This document shows positions 30,353 through 32,000 of a stretch of DNA of 32,000 nt, in pieces. The DNA lies in the NCBI GenBank assembly GCA_965250005.1, contig OZ252279.1, positions 1,830,001-1,862,000 of the forward strand, read 5' to 3'. Made by a program: the position numbers and the translations under genes. The DNA is from Demequinaceae bacterium (GTDB taxonomy: Bacteria > Actinomycetota > Actinomycetes > Actinomycetales > Demequinaceae). The notes under the pieces were generated by a model. It did not search any database. It was given only the letters and a program-made list of their open reading frames with translations, and had not been told where the DNA came from. The stretch's first letter is position 1. Each line of letters begins with the position of its first letter.

Positions 30353-30793
30353 ATGTTTAGTGAAGAATACGGTCGCCAGACGGCCCTTGGAAGTGCGAAG
30401 AAGGCCCTTGATCCGAACTTGACCGACGATGAACTCGCCGGAATGGCACGTTCGGACGAAGTGAAGATTCGTGCAGTTGTGGCCGAGCGGACGCAAACGC
30501 CGCTCACGTCGCTTCTGCAACTCGCGAACGACCCGGCGCCTGCAGTCCGTGCCGGCGTTGCTCGTAATCCGCGAACGGACATCCCGATTGATGTCCGCGA
30601 CAGCCTTGCCCAGGATAAGAATCCCGAGGTCCTCCATGCGCTCATCCGCTGTGAGGCTGTGCCCCCGGAGATTTTGTCGCGACTGGGACGGTCGTGGAAC
30701 CGTGACGTCGCAGCGGCAGCGAAGGTGCGCGCGAAGAGCCTCAAAACAGTTCCCCCGCTCGCCGTCGGTTCGGTGGGGCTCGCCTCCAGCTGA
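30353..30793 (+). CDS. Small alpha-helical repeat protein, LRV/HEAT-like, paralogue of the 28630 gene
   Basis: 146 aa from ATG at 30353 (MFSEEYGRQTALGSAKKALDPNLTDDELAGMARSDEVKIRAVVAERTQTPLTSLLQLANDPAPAVRAGVARNPRT...). The upstream extension of the provided ORF overlaps the xseB region and is unlikely coding. Confidence 0.72.
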   Translation: MFSEEYGRQTALGSAKKALDPNLTDDELAGMARSDEVKIRAVVAERTQTPLTSLLQLANDPAPAVRAGVARNPRTDIPIDVRDSLAQDKNPEVLHALIRCEAVPPEILSRLGRSWNRDVAAAAKVRAKSLKTVPPLAVGSVGLASS

Positions 30794-30832
30794 GGGGGAG
30801 GCGAGTTCGCCCGAACCGCCACATTCGACTTG

Positions 30833-30868
30833 GAGCGGTCGGCGCTGTGAGGCGCCGGCCGCTCTTTT
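30833..30868 (+). terminator. Intrinsic terminator downstream of the 30353 gene
   Basis: GAGCGGTCGGCGC-TGTGAG-GCGCCGGCCGCTC-TTTT: 13-bp stem with one G-U wobble, 6-nt loop, T run. Confidence 0.8.
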
Positions 30869-32000
30869 AGGTTGCCGGGCGCGCCTCGGTGACAGCCGCC
30901 GCGGCCTCGCCTGCGGCGAAACGGATGGTGAGGGGATCGCCAGGAGTAAGCGTCCCGGCGTTCCTCACCACTTCTCCCGCCGGGGAGTGCACTACGGCGT
31001 ATCCCCGATCGAGCGTGGACTGTGGGGACAGCGCCCGCAGGCTCGCCTTCAACTCCGTGAGCCCTCCCTGGGCTCCGGAGAGAATGGCAACAAGGGCGCG
31101 TCCACTCGACTGAGCAACGCGGGCGAGTTCCTGCTTGTGCGGGTCGATGAGCATGTTCGGGTGGACCATTACTGGCCGTGTCAAGTAGGCGATGAGCGCT
31201 TCGGCTTCGCGATCGAGCCGGGATTCGATTGACGCTCGTATGCTCGCGAGCGCACCCGCCACTCCGCGCGCTTCTTGAGCGGCGTCGGGGACGATGCGCT
31301 TGCCTGCGTCGGTCGGCGTCGACGCGCGCAGGTCGGCGACCAGGTCGAACAACGGGTTGTCTTTCTCGTGGCCGATGGCGCTTACCAAAGGAGTGACACA
31401 GTTTGCCGCGACCCGGAGCAGGGCCTCGGCGCTAAACGGAAGAAGGTCTTCAAGAGAGCCACCGCCGCGCGCAACCACGATCACGTCAACGTCCGGGTGT
31501 GCGTCGAGTTCTCTTATCGCCGCGCTCGTCTCGGGGACGCAGTTGGCGCCCTGGACCGTGACCCGGCGGATCTCGAACTTCACAGACGGCCAGCGTTCGG
31601 TGGCGTTGACCAACACGTCATGTTCGGCGTCGCCCTGGTTTGCGCACACTAGGCCAACGAGCTTGGGGACGAACGGCAGCGGCACCTTGCGATCGTCAGC
31701 AAACAGTCCTTCCTTGGCGAGGGCCTCGCGCAGTTTCTCGATGCGCGCGAGCAGGTCCCCAATCCCCACGGCGCGCAGTTCGCGCGCGTTCAGTTGGAAA
31801 GACCCATTCTTGAGTCGCCATTCAGGCTTGGCGTGGAGAACCACCTGTGCGCCGTCCGCCAGTGGTTGGTCCAGAGCGTCAACTTCGCTCGCGGGAACCA
31901 CTGCGCTCAGCGACATCTCGGCCTCAGCGTCGCGCAGCGTGAGGAATACCAGTTGGCGCCAGCGCTTCACGTTGACAGCCTGCCCCTCGACCCACACGGG
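30867..32000 (-). CDS. xseA: Exodeoxyribonuclease VII large subunit (N-terminus beyond window edge)
   Basis: WVEGQAVNVKRWRQLVFLTLRD OB-fold region, VVARGGGSLEDLLPFSAEALLRVAANCVTPLVSAIGHEKDNPLFDLVADLRASTPTDAGKRIVPD, LDRGYAVV. Confidence 0.94.
   Translation of the reverse strand, partial: PVWVEGQAVNVKRWRQLVFLTLRDAEAEMSLSAVVPASEVDALDQPLADGAQVVLHAKPEWRLKNGSFQLNARELRAVGIGDLLARIEKLREALAKEGLFADDRKVPLPFVPKLVGLVCANQGDAEHDVLVNATERWPSVKFEIRRVTVQGANCVPETSAAIRELDAHPDVDVIVVARGGGSLEDLLPFSAEALLRVAANCVTPLVSAIGHEKDNPLFDLVADLRASTPTDAGKRIVPDAAQEARGVAGALASIRASIESRLDREAEALIAYLTRPVMVHPNMLIDPHKQELARVAQSSGRALVAILSGAQGGLTELKASLRALSPQSTLDRGYAVVHSPAGEVVRNAGTLTPGDPLTIRFAAGEAAAAVTEARPAT

Overview
This 32 kb window is high-GC and looks like an actinobacterial chromosome. 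It is dominated by conserved housekeeping genes. In order: glmU (5'-truncated), prs, a three-gene minus-strand cassette of unknown function (two paralogous lipoproteins plus a small TM protein), rplY/ctc, pth, mfd, a lipoprotein, mazG, eno, a FtsB/DivIC-like gene, a DUF501 gene, a large minus-strand secreted HExxH metalloprotease, ppx/gppA, a tRNA with a UAA anticodon, a Bax-inhibitor-1-like gene, msrA(-), an AI-2E-type transporter, greA(-), a DUF4307-like gene(-), a small membrane ORF, a hemolysin III family gene(-), uppS-type prenyl transferase, PIN-PhoH, two tandem Pr6Pr-like membrane genes, hemA(-), fumC(-), a small LRV/HEAT-like protein, a PfkB kinase(-), xseB(-), a second LRV/HEAT-like protein with a strong terminator, and xseA(-, truncated). 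No CRISPR array, transposase, prophage or toxin-antitoxin module was recognised, and I see no clear large new defence-type system. The best second-look items are: (1) a UAA-anticodon tRNA lacking the long variable arm expected of tRNA-Leu; (2) a pair of small paralogous repeat proteins flanking the PfkB/xseB genes; (3) the divergent lipoprotein pair with a coupled TM protein and a possible AUU start; (4) a 21-aa upstream ORF overlapping the phoH start and containing a perfect hairpin; (5) a secreted, C-terminally TM-anchored choice-of-anchor/HExxH protein; (6) dyad and direct repeats in the fumC intergenic region. All family names come from recognising protein sequences by eye, not from database searches.
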